A stretch of DNA of 64,000 nucleotides. Origin: Candidatus Dormiibacterota bacterium. Its GTDB lineage: Bacteria > Chloroflexota > Dormibacteria > Aeolococcales > Aeolococcaceae. The stretch is from positions 32,001 to 96,000 of the forward strand of contig CAVPXI010000015.1 in assembly GCA_963709585.1 (NCBI GenBank), read 5' to 3'. Position 1 is the first letter of the stretch. Every line of letters starts with the position of its first letter. The notes under the pieces are model-generated. The model did no database searches. It saw only the letters and a program-made list of their open reading frames with translations, and was not told the DNA's origin. Positions 8,933-18,709 of the stretch are shown here, in pieces. The translations under genes were made by a program, and so were the position numbers.

Positions 8933-9874
8933 ATGAAACTCACAGCCATCGTCAGCTCTGCGATCGCCGCCGTTGGCCTCGCAGCTTGTGGATCGACCGC
9001 AGTTACGCCGCCTTCTGCGCGACCAACGCTCTCGTTAGCAGCCGCTCCGACAGTAGCGTCGACACCCACCGGGTCGCCCAGCCCGACCGCAAGCCCGAGC
9101 GAGTCGCCCAGCCCGTGCGTTGTGACTACTGAAGGCCCGCCTGGGACTGGTAGTTGCGAGACGCCGCCTGTGGTCACCGTGACCGCTTGCGACAGCGGCT
9201 ACGGCTTTGCAGCGGGCGGTGGCGAAATCTCGTGGAGTGGCGCTGATGCCGCTGACGAGTTCACTATCTTCCAGGCTGTCAACGGCAACATCACCATATA
9301 CCCCGGAGCAGCAGACCCCAGCAACCCCACACCTGCATCTGGCTCGTATGGACCGCTACCGGCTGGCTACTACACGTACCAGTTCTCAGACAACACGAAC
9401 GAGTTCGGTGGGCCATTCAGCGGCTCGTTTACGATCCTCAACTGCCCGGTGGTGCCAACACCAACACCAACACCGAGCGCAAGCCCGAGCGCGTCGCCCA
9501 GCCCGACCGCCTGCGTTCCCAACCCCGAGCGGGGCTACACCGGTAGCTGCGAAACGCCGCCTGTGGTCACTGTGACTGCGTGTGACAGTGGTGGCTACGG
9601 CTCAGCGAGTGGCGGCGCAATCTCATGGAGTGGCGCAGACGCCGCTGATGAGTTCACGCTCTTTCTACCCGATGGCGGTGGCAGCATCCAGTTGTATCCC
9701 GGCATCGTAGACCCCGGCAACCCCACTCCTGCATCCGGCTCGTACGGCCCATTGACGGCAGGCGCGTACACCTACCAGTTCGTAGACAACACGGACGAGA
9801 TCTTCAACGGCTCGTTCACGATACTCACGTGCGACGTGCCCTACGCCTCCACCGACACCTTCCCTCACGCGTAA
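8933..9874 (+). CDS. Lipoprotein with two tandem ~120-aa Cys-containing repeats
   Basis: Lipobox GLAAC. The block GSCETPPVVTVTACDSG...SWSGADAADEFT...PTPASGSYGPL.AG.YTYQF.DNT.E...GSFTIL.C occurs twice. Confidence 0.8.
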   Translation: MKLTAIVSSAIAAVGLAACGSTAVTPPSARPTLSLAAAPTVASTPTGSPSPTASPSESPSPCVVTTEGPPGTGSCETPPVVTVTACDSGYGFAAGGGEISWSGADAADEFTIFQAVNGNITIYPGAADPSNPTPASGSYGPLPAGYYTYQFSDNTNEFGGPFSGSFTILNCPVVPTPTPTPSASPSASPSPTACVPNPERGYTGSCETPPVVTVTACDSGGYGSASGGAISWSGADAADEFTLFLPDGGGSIQLYPGIVDPGNPTPASGSYGPLTAGAYTYQFVDNTDEIFNGSFTILTCDVPYASTDTFPHA

Positions 9875-10016
9875 GCGCTCACCCCGACGCCAACTCTTAC
9901 AGTGCGTCGCCTGCTTCACCTCTGATCGTAAGTCGAGTAGATCGGGAGCATCAAGGCGTACTGGGTGTTGGTGAGCGCGACGGCAGCAGTATCGACGTCA
10001 GGTCTACGCTGCGTGC

Positions 10017-10400
10017 ATGAGTACCGCTGCCAGCCAGGGGCAAAGAGGGCTCGATCTCTTTCTTCGGCCGACCGCGTTCTGGCTCTGGTGTCTCCCGGGC
10101 TGCGCCGCGATTGCCGCGGCTGTTCTTGAGGGAAATCACCGACTCTCGCTGACGGCGACCGGGATCATCTGGATGCTCGCGACCCTGTGGATCGGTGTCG
10201 GTTGCGCGTGGAACGCACTGCGCTGCGGCCGCATCCACTGCATCATCCACGGCACGATGTTGCCCCTACTTGCGCTCGTTGGCATTCTCCACGTCATGGG
10301 CGTCCTAGCCATCAGTTGGAACATCTACTGGGCGGCGTTTGGGGCCATCCTCATCGCGGGATTCATCCCCGAAATCCTGGGAAAACGGCACTACATCTAG
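10017..10400 (+). CDS. Small 4-TM membrane protein with RCGRIHC motif
   Basis: Four hydrophobic segments. TACGCT -10-like hexamer 6 nt before the ATG. Confidence 0.7.
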   Translation: MSTAASQGQRGLDLFLRPTAFWLWCLPGCAAIAAAVLEGNHRLSLTATGIIWMLATLWIGVGCAWNALRCGRIHCIIHGTMLPLLALVGILHVMGVLAISWNIYWAAFGAILIAGFIPEILGKRHYI

Positions 10401-10905
10401 GACTGTGGCGCCGCAGGCGTCTTCGGTAGCGACAATCCGCGGTGGCAGGCCCATGCGCCGCCGATCACCTCGCCCTCGGTGGTGAGCAGTGCCGCAATCC
10501 GGCCGCGCCCGTCCGTGTAGTGCTCCGGATAGGTCGTCCCGTCCTCAGCGCGACACGGCCACAGGCTCCAGTCGCCCTCCCGCGGGGCATGGATCGACGG
10601 CGCCACCTTCACCCACTCGGCGGCGGATGCGCCCTGGTCCGGGAGGTGGTCATCGAAGCCGAGCGCGGGCGATGAAGAGCCGTTCCCAGGCGCCGGCCTC
10701 GATGGCCTCGAGCCGGGCGTCCTCATCAGCGGTGAGGTCGTGCCTGTGCTGGCCCGTAGAACGCGTGGTGAGCGCGTCGTCCACTGCCCGCGCAGCCTCG
10801 AGATAGCGTTTGCAGGCGGCGACGGCCAGATGCAGCTGCGATCGCGCTCGGCCGTCGGGCGGCCATTCGGTACGTCGCTGGTAGGCTCGGCCGGATGGGG
10901 AACGG

Positions 10906-11258
10906 TGACTGAGCGAGCGATCCCTCCAACGACGCGCGAGCGCGCGGCGTTCGATGCCGCAACCACCGGGGGACCTCGGGATTTCGTTCGGGTGTGCCAG
11001 GAGCTCGGCAGGGAGCCGGAGCAGATGCTCGACGAATTCGAGGCAGCGCCGTGGCGCTGGTTGACGTATTTCTCGCCGGGAGACCCGGTCACTGACGAAG
11101 TGCGGCATCGGCCAATCCAACCTGCGATGCAGGCACGCCTCGACGCCGTTCGCGAGTACATCGAGGCCCCCTGGTGGCGCCGCGTCTTCGGCCACCGCGA
11201 GGCATTCCAGGAGGTGACGGGACGGTCCTATACGAGGACACGTCTGCCAGGCCGGTGA
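10906..11258 (+). CDS. Hypothetical protein
   Basis: 3' part of ORF 10740-11258 has protein-like composition. GTG start is inferred. Confidence 0.45.
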
Positions 11259-11338
11259 GCCGCCCTCGAGAGCGGAATTCGCTCCCGGCTAACTCGGTCG
11301 CGACCCGGCGACGGCCGCCCATCGCAAACTCTTCGCCC

Positions 11339-12517
11339 GTGGACCTCCTCGACGTCGTCATCGCCGTCTTCCTGATCGTTTTCGCGGTGTCCGGCCTGCG
11401 TCGCGGACTGAGCGGCGTCGCCCTGGCACTCGCGGGGCTCCTCGCCGGCCTCTTCCTCGGGGCCGTGATCGCCCCGCCGATCGCGAGAGCGATCACCGCG
11501 GACCGGTCCACACAGCCGCTCTTCGCGATCGGCATCTTCATCGGCGTCACGTTGCTCATCGAGGGGATCGGCGCCGGAATCGGCTTTCGCGTCCGCCAGC
11601 GGACCGAGCACACCGCTCTGCTGGGCAAGGCCAACTCCGCGGCGGGCGCCGTGCTCGGCGTGGTGTCCGCGCTCGCGGCCGCCTGGTATCTCGGGCTCAT
11701 CTTCTCGCCGAGCTCCTGGGTCAGCCTGGACAAGCAGATCAGCAACTCGGCCATCGAGCGATCGCTCGACCGCTTCATGCCGCGGCCCCCAGGGTTCCTC
11801 GCGACCATCGGCAACCTGTTCGTGCCTGGCGACTTCCCGAACCCCTTCTCCACGATCCTGAACACATCGCCCGCGCCGGTAGCGATCCCGCGACTGGTCG
11901 ACACGACAGGCATCCGCCAGGCGGTCGGCGCGACGTCGAAGGTCATCGCCTCGGGGTGTGGTGGCGGGGCCGAGGCCGGGTCATCCTGGCCGCTCGGCGC
12001 CGGGTACTTCGCGACCAACGCCCATGTCGTCGCCGGCTCGAACGGCGTGGTGATCGACACGCCGAACAACGGCCAGCACACCGCCCGGGTCGTGCTCTTC
12101 GACCCGAACACCGACCTCGCTGTCCTCTACTCCCCGGGACTGGCGCTCCGCCCGCTCGTGCTCGTCGACAGCGACCCGGTGCGTGGCACGGGCGGCGCGG
12201 TCATCGGCTACCCGGGCGGCGGTTCAGAGCAGGTCGTCCCCGCCGCTGTCAGCGGCACCGAATCGGCACGCGGCTACAACATCTACGGCGACACGCTCGT
12301 GACCCGCGACATCGAAGTGCTGGCCGCGCAGGTCATCCCGGGCAACTCGGGCGGCCCGATCGTCAACGACAGCGGTCAGGTCATCGGCGTGGTGTTCGCG
12401 GCGAGCACCACCGAGCCGAACGTCGGCTACGCCCTGACGATTCCCCAGGTCTTCCCGGACCTTCAGGCCGGAGAGCACCGGACGGCGGCAGTCTCCACCG
12501 AGGCGTGCGCCGGCTGA
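11339..12517 (+). CDS. marP: MarP-family serine protease (CvpA membrane domain plus trypsin-like domain)
   Basis: N-terminal TM helices (LLDVVI...SGLRRG), TNAHVV, DLAVL, PGNSGGP catalytic motifs. Confidence 0.9.
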   Translation: MDLLDVVIAVFLIVFAVSGLRRGLSGVALALAGLLAGLFLGAVIAPPIARAITADRSTQPLFAIGIFIGVTLLIEGIGAGIGFRVRQRTEHTALLGKANSAAGAVLGVVSALAAAWYLGLIFSPSSWVSLDKQISNSAIERSLDRFMPRPPGFLATIGNLFVPGDFPNPFSTILNTSPAPVAIPRLVDTTGIRQAVGATSKVIASGCGGGAEAGSSWPLGAGYFATNAHVVAGSNGVVIDTPNNGQHTARVVLFDPNTDLAVLYSPGLALRPLVLVDSDPVRGTGGAVIGYPGGGSEQVVPAAVSGTESARGYNIYGDTLVTRDIEVLAAQVIPGNSGGPIVNDSGQVIGVVFAASTTEPNVGYALTIPQVFPDLQAGEHRTAAVSTEACAG

Positions 12518-12539
12518 GCGAACCCCGCTCAGCCGGCGC
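12507..12539. terminator. Hairpin between convergent genes
   Basis: Perfect 14-bp stem GCGCCGGCTGAGCG/CGCTCAGCCGGCGC. Confidence 0.7.
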
Positions 12540-12558
12540 CCTGCGGCCTATCCCGGGA

Positions 12559-13539
12559 TCAGCTCGAGAGGAACCCGTTCTGCACGAGCCAGGCGTGCGC
12601 GACGGCGGTCACGGTCTGGCCCTGAACCTCGACCATGGCGTTGAGTGAGAGCATCACCGGGGTGGTCCACTTGGCCGCCACCGGGGCCATCCAGGCACCG
12701 ATCGACGGGTGCTGCTGGAGCACGCTCGAGCGGACCACGAGCCCCGCGTTGTCGGGCGGGAACAGGTTCTTGTCGTCGGTCAGCGTCACCTCGTTGTTCA
12801 CCTGGATTGCAAAGTCGGTGGTGAACACCTCGCCCGCATCGCACTGGCCTTTCGCGATTGCCTTCTCAGCAGTGGTGCCGATCTGGGTGTAATGGAAGCT
12901 GGCGGGCGAGGGCCAGCCATACGTGCTCACGAGCCCCGGCAGACCATCAGGGCGGGTGAGGAATTCGGAGAGGACGCAGACCTTGGTGCTCGCATGCGAG
13001 GTCAGGTACGAGCCGAACGCCGCGAGCGAGGTCCCGAAGGTGGACGTCTGACTCGACTTGATTGCGATGCCGTTTGTGTCGTCGAACTGTGTCGGCGCGA
13101 CCCAGCACAGCTGCTTCGCCTCGTCGAGCGCTTTCACCTTGGCGAAGGCCCCGGGGAGGTCCGTCGGGAACTGTCCTGCGGTCAGGTTGAGGTAACCCGG
13201 GTCCGTCAACTCCGTACCCGTGTACTGCCAGTACATATCGATGATTCCGCTGGACAGCGCCTTTCCGAGCGCCGGATCGGCTGCGCTGAATGTGTTCGTG
13301 ATGGTGAAGCCATGTGCACCGAGCACGTCGGCAGTCATCTGGGCCATCAACTGCTCTTCCGCAAATGACTTGCTGCCAATCGATAGCGTGGCACCACCGC
13401 CACTCGCCTGAGAACCCGTCGGGCACGTCGACGCCGCCGCAGTGCCGGACGGCGGGTTGCTACCGGAGTTGCCTCCCCCGCACGCAGCAAGGGTCCCGGG
13501 TATCGCGATTGCGATGACCGCGAGTAGCTTGCGCTTCAT
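12559..13539 (-). CDS. Glycine betaine/osmoprotectant ABC substrate-binding lipoprotein
   Basis: Lipobox LAAC, IGSKSFAEEQL, YWQYTGT, LTDDKNLFPP. Confidence 0.92.
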   Translation of the reverse strand: MKRKLLAVIAIAIPGTLAACGGGNSGSNPPSGTAAASTCPTGSQASGGGATLSIGSKSFAEEQLMAQMTADVLGAHGFTITNTFSAADPALGKALSSGIIDMYWQYTGTELTDPGYLNLTAGQFPTDLPGAFAKVKALDEAKQLCWVAPTQFDDTNGIAIKSSQTSTFGTSLAAFGSYLTSHASTKVCVLSEFLTRPDGLPGLVSTYGWPSPASFHYTQIGTTAEKAIAKGQCDAGEVFTTDFAIQVNNEVTLTDDKNLFPPDNAGLVVRSSVLQQHPSIGAWMAPVAAKWTTPVMLSLNAMVEVQGQTVTAVAHAWLVQNGFLSS

Positions 13540-13577
13540 GGATGTGTTCCTCCACATGTTCCAACTGCTGACATGTC

Positions 13578-14318
13578 TTAACCGTTGACCTGTTTTGGGA
13601 CGGCGATGCGCTCAATCATTGAGAGCCCCCAGTCGGCGAGCAAGGCGAGTGAAGCCACCATCACGGCACCGACGAAAACCACCTGATCACTGTTGTTGAT
13701 ACCAGCGGCGATCACGTCCCCGAGGCCGCCTCCACCGATGAAGTTTCCGAGTGTAGCGGTTCCAATGATCAGGACGAGTGCAGTGCGCAGCCCCGCAAAG
13801 ACCAGTGGTGAGGCAAGCGGCAACTGCACTCGCACCAAAGCCTGCCAACGCGTCATTCCCATTCCGCGTGCGGCGTCGACCGTGGCAGGGTCGACACTTT
13901 GAATGCCGGCAACCGTGTTGCGCAGGACAGGGAGCAACCCGTACACCACCAGCGCGATGACGGTGGGGGTGACCCCGAGGCCGAGAAAGGCGAACAGCAG
14001 CACCAGGAGTCCGATCCCGGGGATAGCCTGCCCGAGATTCGCTAGCACGAACACCGGCACTCGGACAGCCCTCCCCGCCTGGGCGATCAGCGCCCCGATG
14101 GGCACGCCGATCGCGGCGACCAGCGCGAAGGAGACGCCCGACACGAAGACATGCTGGATGGTCTCGCTCATCAGGTTGGGCGCGTTGAGCACTTCGGAGT
14201 CGAACCGCCTGCCGACCAGCGTCTGATAGACACCGACCGAGACGAGGATGCCGATCGCGACCCAGATCGGAACGGCGAACGGGCGCAGGCGGTGCATCCA
14301 GCGCGGCAGGGTTGGCAT
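13578..14318 (-). CDS. Osmoprotectant ABC permease
   Basis: LPVLRNT, DAARGMGMT (EAA loop), GGGGLG. Confidence 0.92.
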   Translation of the reverse strand: MPTLPRWMHRLRPFAVPIWVAIGILVSVGVYQTLVGRRFDSEVLNAPNLMSETIQHVFVSGVSFALVAAIGVPIGALIAQAGRAVRVPVFVLANLGQAIPGIGLLVLLFAFLGLGVTPTVIALVVYGLLPVLRNTVAGIQSVDPATVDAARGMGMTRWQALVRVQLPLASPLVFAGLRTALVLIIGTATLGNFIGGGGLGDVIAAGINNSDQVVFVGAVMVASLALLADWGLSMIERIAVPKQVNG

Positions 14319-15263
14319 CTATCGCGACCTCATCGACGCCGCACGAATGACGTCGGCGTCCACGATGCCGAGGGTCTGGTCGCCATGGATCACGCGGACC
14401 CGCCCGTCGGACGAGCGAAGCACCGCGTCGAGCGCGTCGCGAAGGGTTCCGCCGGCGTCGACTGTGGCCTCCGGCGCAGCGCCGTTCACCGGCGTCAGTT
14501 CCACCTCGCTGATGTGGATCAGTGCAAGGCGGCGCACAAGGGGCCCCTCGCCGAGAAATCCGGTGACGAACGCGGACTGCGGGTGGGCCAGCAGGTCCTC
14601 CGGGGTCGCGAACTGCTCGAGAACACCGCCCTTGGAGAGGAGCGCCACGCGGTCGCCGAGCTTGACCGCCTCGTCGATGTCATGGGTCACGAAAACGATG
14701 GTCTTGCGCACCACGCTCTGGAGCCGCAGCAACTCGTTCTGGAGGCGCTCCCGGGCGATCGGGTCGATGGCCCCGAAGGGCTCGTCCATCAGCAGGATGT
14801 TCGGGTCCGCCCCGAGCGCCCGGGCGACGCCGACCCGCTGACGCTCGCCACCACTCAGCTCGGAGGGCAGGCGTCGTCGGTAGTCGGCAGCCGGAAGCCC
14901 GATGAGGTCGAGCAACTCCTCCACCCGCGCCTGGGTCCGCTGCTTCGACCACCCCAGCAGGCGTGGCACTGTCGCGATGTTGTCGGCGACCGTCTGGTGC
15001 GGAAACAGCCCCACCTGCTGGATGACATAGCCGATCGAGCGGCGGAGGTCGTTGACGTCGTATGTCCGGGTGTCGCGGTCGTCGATGCTGATCGTCCCTT
15101 CGGTCGGCTCGATCAACCGGTTGATCATCTTCAGCGACGTGGTCTTCCCACACCCGGAGGGGCCGACCAGGATGACCGTCTCGCCTGACTTGATCTCGAG
15201 CGAGAGGTGGTCGACCGCCAGCGAGGTCCCGTAGCGCTTGACGACGCGATCGAATCTGATCAC
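14319..15263 (-). CDS. Osmoprotectant ABC ATP-binding protein
   Basis: GPSGCGKTT, LSGGERQR, LLMDEPFGA, VTHD. Confidence 0.95.
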   Translation of the reverse strand: MIRFDRVVKRYGTSLAVDHLSLEIKSGETVILVGPSGCGKTTSLKMINRLIEPTEGTISIDDRDTRTYDVNDLRRSIGYVIQQVGLFPHQTVADNIATVPRLLGWSKQRTQARVEELLDLIGLPAADYRRRLPSELSGGERQRVGVARALGADPNILLMDEPFGAIDPIARERLQNELLRLQSVVRKTIVFVTHDIDEAVKLGDRVALLSKGGVLEQFATPEDLLAHPQSAFVTGFLGEGPLVRRLALIHISEVELTPVNGAAPEATVDAGGTLRDALDAVLRSSDGRVRVIHGDQTLGIVDADVIRAASMRSR

Positions 15264-15910
15264 GTCGCCGCCACCGAGACGCGCCCGCGAGACAGTGCCC
15301 GCTGGACGCCAGCCAGGATGAAGTCGGCGAGGATGCCGATGGCCGCCACCGGGATGATCCCGGCGAGCACTGCGTCGAGCGTTCCGGTGGAGCGTCCGAT
15401 CGCCGAGAGGATCGTCTGGCCGAGGTCGTCGACCCCGACCGTCGCGCCGACGGTGGCAATCGCGACGATCATCACCGTCGACTGCCGGATGCCCCCAAGC
15501 ACGACCGGCACCGCAAGCGGGAGCTCAACCTTCAGGAGCACCTGGCGTGGGTTCATCCCCATGCCGCGCGCCGACTCCACCACTGCGGGGTCCACCGCCT
15601 TGATACCGGCGCGCGTGTTCCGGGTCACGGGCAGCAGGCCGTAGAGGATGAGCCCGACGATGACCGGCGGATTGGCCAGACCGAACCAGATCGAGAGCAG
15701 ACCGAAGAGGGCGAAGCTCGGCACCGTCAGGATCGTGCTGGTAACCGCCAAGATCACTGTGGACAGGTTCTCGGAGCGCGCAGCGGCTATGCCCAGCCCG
15801 AGCCCGATCGCGCTCGTGATGGCGATGCACTCGCCGACGATCTCGAGGTGGGTGACGATCTGGGGCTCGACCGAGCTCCAGTTTTCAGAGATGTATTGAA
15901 AAACGCTCAC
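15260..15910 (-). CDS. Osmoprotectant ABC permease
   Basis: LLPVTRNT, ESARGMGM. 4-bp overlap with the ATPase gene. Confidence 0.92.
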   Translation of the reverse strand: MSVFQYISENWSSVEPQIVTHLEIVGECIAITSAIGLGLGIAAARSENLSTVILAVTSTILTVPSFALFGLLSIWFGLANPPVIVGLILYGLLPVTRNTRAGIKAVDPAVVESARGMGMNPRQVLLKVELPLAVPVVLGGIRQSTVMIVAIATVGATVGVDDLGQTILSAIGRSTGTLDAVLAGIIPVAAIGILADFILAGVQRALSRGRVSVAAT

Positions 15911-15922
15911 ATTTGTGAGGCG

Positions 15923-16444
15923 TCAGTATCCATAACCTCCAGGGGTCGGTGTGGGGGTCGATCCCGAGCCGGTCGTCCCACCCGTGGACGTGGAGGTCGT
16001 GCCCGGCATCGCGGCGAACCACATGCCCGAGATCCCGTTGCCGTTCGTCTGGCCGGCGGCCGTGTCACTGGCAAATGTGTGCAGCGGCCAGCCGTTGTAG
16101 GTGACCTCGGTGGCTGCAGCCCCGTTCACCATGACCGAGACTGTGGCGAGCGTCCCGGTGGCGCCCGATGCCGCGGTAGGCGTTCCCGTTACCACCAGCG
16201 GCGGCCAGGTGGTCAGGCATCCGCCGGTGCAGGCGCCGATCGTCGAGTTCTTCTCGGGCAGGAAGTAGTACAGGGTGAAGCCCCTGGAGTTGGTCAGCAC
16301 CGTGCCGAGCGATGTGGTCGCGGTGGCGATGGTCGAGCCCGACGAGGCGGCGCCGCCGGTGCCGTTCGAAGACGTGGTGGTGCCGGCCGCCCCGCAGGCG
16401 GCGAGCACCCCTGCGCCGGCCAGGGTCAGGACGATTCTCTGCAT
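15923..16444 (-). CDS. Secreted-repeat lipoprotein (COG4315/Lipoprotein_15-like)
   Basis: LAAC lipobox, GFTLYYF, CTGGCLTTWPP, VTYNGWPLHTF. Confidence 0.85.
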   Translation of the reverse strand: MQRIVLTLAGAGVLAACGAAGTTTSSNGTGGAASSGSTIATATTSLGTVLTNSRGFTLYYFLPEKNSTIGACTGGCLTTWPPLVVTGTPTAASGATGTLATVSVMVNGAAATEVTYNGWPLHTFASDTAAGQTNGNGISGMWFAAMPGTTSTSTGGTTGSGSTPTPTPGGYGY

Positions 16445-16523
16445 GGTGATCCTCCGCTGTGGTCGATGCAATGAGTACGCCACGGTGTTACGTGGCTCGA
16501 GCTCGGCCGCGTATTCTCGACGC

Positions 16524-16727
16524 ATGTGCCGAAGCATCAAGACCCTCCGTGGTGCGGAACCCCCGGCGGATGACGACGACGCTCACGCGGCTGCGCTCCA
16601 GTTCGTGCGCAAGATCAGCGGCTACCGAGCGCCGTCCAGGGCGAACCAGCAGGCCTTCGACGCGGCCGTGCACGAGGTGACCGCCGCGACCACACGGCTG
16701 CTCGAAGGTCTGCAGAAGCCCGCCTGA
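16524..16727 (+). CDS. DUF2277 family small protein
   Basis: MCRSIKTLR...AAALQFVRKISG signature. Confidence 0.85.
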   Translation: MCRSIKTLRGAEPPADDDDAHAAALQFVRKISGYRAPSRANQQAFDAAVHEVTAATTRLLEGLQKPA

Positions 16728-16780
16728 AGCGGCGATCATCGAACAGCGGATAATTCGCCGATGCGATCAGGCCGGATGCA

Positions 16781-17176
16781 CTACTCCGAGTTGTCCGCTC
16801 GCATGGTGATGCTGCCGTTGACAGTCCCGCCATCGTCGACCCGAAGCCGTGAGGCACGAACATCACCGAGCACAATGCCGCTACCGGCAACCGTGAGCCG
16901 TCCGTGCGCGACCACGTCGCCGGTCACATTGCCGCGGACGGTGACGTTGCGTCCATCGATGCGTGCGCGCACCGTGGCCGAAGCCTCGACATCGACGTCG
17001 CCCGACGCGTTGATCTCACCCTCGGCAGTCCCCTCGATGTGGAGATCGCCTTCGAGTGTGAGCGACCCGTTGAGGACATCGCGTGGCCCCAGGGTGACTC
17101 CCTTGGCACCCGACGCGCCGTTTCGGTGACCCCCGCGTGGAATGGATGCCTCCTCGACTTCAGTGATGTTCTCCAT
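16781..17176 (-). CDS. Bactofilin (polymer-forming cytoskeletal protein)
   Basis: LGPRDVLNGSLTLEGDLHIEG...VLGDVRASRLRVDDGGTVNGSITM. GGAGAGG RBS upstream. Confidence 0.88.
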   Translation of the reverse strand: MENITEVEEASIPRGGHRNGASGAKGVTLGPRDVLNGSLTLEGDLHIEGTAEGEINASGDVDVEASATVRARIDGRNVTVRGNVTGDVVAHGRLTVAGSGIVLGDVRASRLRVDDGGTVNGSITMRADNSE

Positions 17177-17225
17177 GGATGTGTCCTCTCCTTCTCGTCC
17201 GCTGCTCGACACATATCCTACTGAT

Positions 17226-18206
17226 ATGGCGGCTCCTTCGCGGGCCGTACCGACGTACGATTCCGTGACGGCGGTCGGCACCCCGGACACGTTCCGGCAG
17301 CTGCAACTCGACTTCTACCGCGAAGCAGCGCATCGATACAACTCGTGGGCGGGTGGCGCAAACGTTCGTGCCGCCGAACGTCTTGCGGCGTTTGCCGACC
17401 TTGATCCTGACGAACGAGTGATCGACGTTGGTTGCGGAACCGGCCTGGTGAGCAGGTCACTCGGAATCGGCGGTTCGACCCTCGACCACATGGCCATCGA
17501 TCTCTCTCCCGACATGATCACTTACGCTCGCGAGCAGGCGAGCGGTGCGCGGGGCGTGCATTACTCGGTGATGGACGCGCACGACCTCGTCTTCAATGAC
17601 GACATGTTCGATGTGGCGATCCTCGGCCAGTCGCTCGCGTGCCTCGAGGATCCGTGGCGGGCATTTTCGGAGATTCGCCGCGTGCTGAAACCGAACGGGC
17701 GGATCGCGGTGTCGTGCCGGTGCAGGAGCCTGTCGACACCCGCGCAGGGAGTGTTCTTCGAGCGCCTCGAACGGCTTGCCATCCGGCGTGCGCGGACGCC
17801 GTCGCATCACGCGCTCTTCGGTGAACCATGGGTGCTCACGAACATGCTGGAGATTGCTGGGTTCGCCGATATTCGCGTCACCCAGTTGCTCGTCGGTGTG
17901 CACGCCGCCGACGTGCACGAATGGACCGAGATGATGCGCTGGTCAGGTCCTTGGCCGCACGCGATGATCGGGTTGTTGAGCCCCGGCGCTCGCACGACGT
18001 TCGAGGAGGAGCTCGACCGCACCATGCACCGCCTGGGCGAAGGTGACTACGCGTTTCACGGCGCATTCACCCTCGCTACCGGGCGGCTTCGCGACCAGTC
18101 CCCGGCTCAGCCCACTTCTGAGTCCGAACCTGAGGAGACGCCCGATGTCTCCGCGGTGCGCTCGTCGCTATACGCATCGAACTCCGAGCCTCCGTCCTCG
18201 CCGTAG
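17226..18206 (+). CDS. Class I SAM-dependent methyltransferase (UbiE-like)
   Basis: VIDVGCGTG, IDLSPDM, RRVLKPNGRI. Start uncertain. Confidence 0.85.
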   Translation: MAAPSRAVPTYDSVTAVGTPDTFRQLQLDFYREAAHRYNSWAGGANVRAAERLAAFADLDPDERVIDVGCGTGLVSRSLGIGGSTLDHMAIDLSPDMITYAREQASGARGVHYSVMDAHDLVFNDDMFDVAILGQSLACLEDPWRAFSEIRRVLKPNGRIAVSCRCRSLSTPAQGVFFERLERLAIRRARTPSHHALFGEPWVLTNMLEIAGFADIRVTQLLVGVHAADVHEWTEMMRWSGPWPHAMIGLLSPGARTTFEEELDRTMHRLGEGDYAFHGAFTLATGRLRDQSPAQPTSESEPEETPDVSAVRSSLYASNSEPPSSP

Positions 18207-18709
18207 GCTCCGTGCTCGCCCTCGTTGACCGATGACCCGGTGACGTCAACCGAGACGTCGACATCGTGCACTTCGTTGCGCCGCGCCGGTGGCGCGTCCC
18301 CGGCCGGGGCCATCGTGATGGTGCCGTTCAGCGTCGCACCCTCATCCACCCGCAGTCGCGCGGCGCGGACCTCGCCGGCGAACGACGCGCTCTCGTCGAG
18401 TGTCACGAGTTCGCGCGCGACGATGTTGCCTTCGACAATGCCGCTGACAACGATATCCCGAGCCGAAATCTGCGCGCGTGCGGTACCGGTCGAGTGAACG
18501 TTGACCTCACCGGTTGCCGACACCTCGCCCTCGAGGGTGCCCTCGATGCGGACGTCTCCATCGACGGTCAGCGTGCCGACGAGTGAATCGCGCGGTCCGA
18601 GGACGACGATGCCGGGTGCCGCCGGGGTCGCCGGCGCTGCGGGGGTCGCCGCGCCACGGCGCGGGCGCGCTCGGCTCGATGTCGATCTTCCGGTGTCGCT
18701 CGCGTCCAT
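18107..18709 (-). CDS. Bactofilin paralog 2
   Basis: LGPRDSLVGTLTVDGDVRIEG...RLRVDEGATLNGTITM. AAGGAG RBS upstream. Confidence 0.88.
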   Translation of the reverse strand: MDASDTGRSTSSRARPRRGAATPAAPATPAAPGIVVLGPRDSLVGTLTVDGDVRIEGTLEGEVSATGEVNVHSTGTARAQISARDIVVSGIVEGNIVARELVTLDESASFAGEVRAARLRVDEGATLNGTITMAPAGDAPPARRNEVHDVDVSVDVTGSSVNEGEHGAYGEDGGSEFDAYSDERTAETSGVSSGSDSEVG

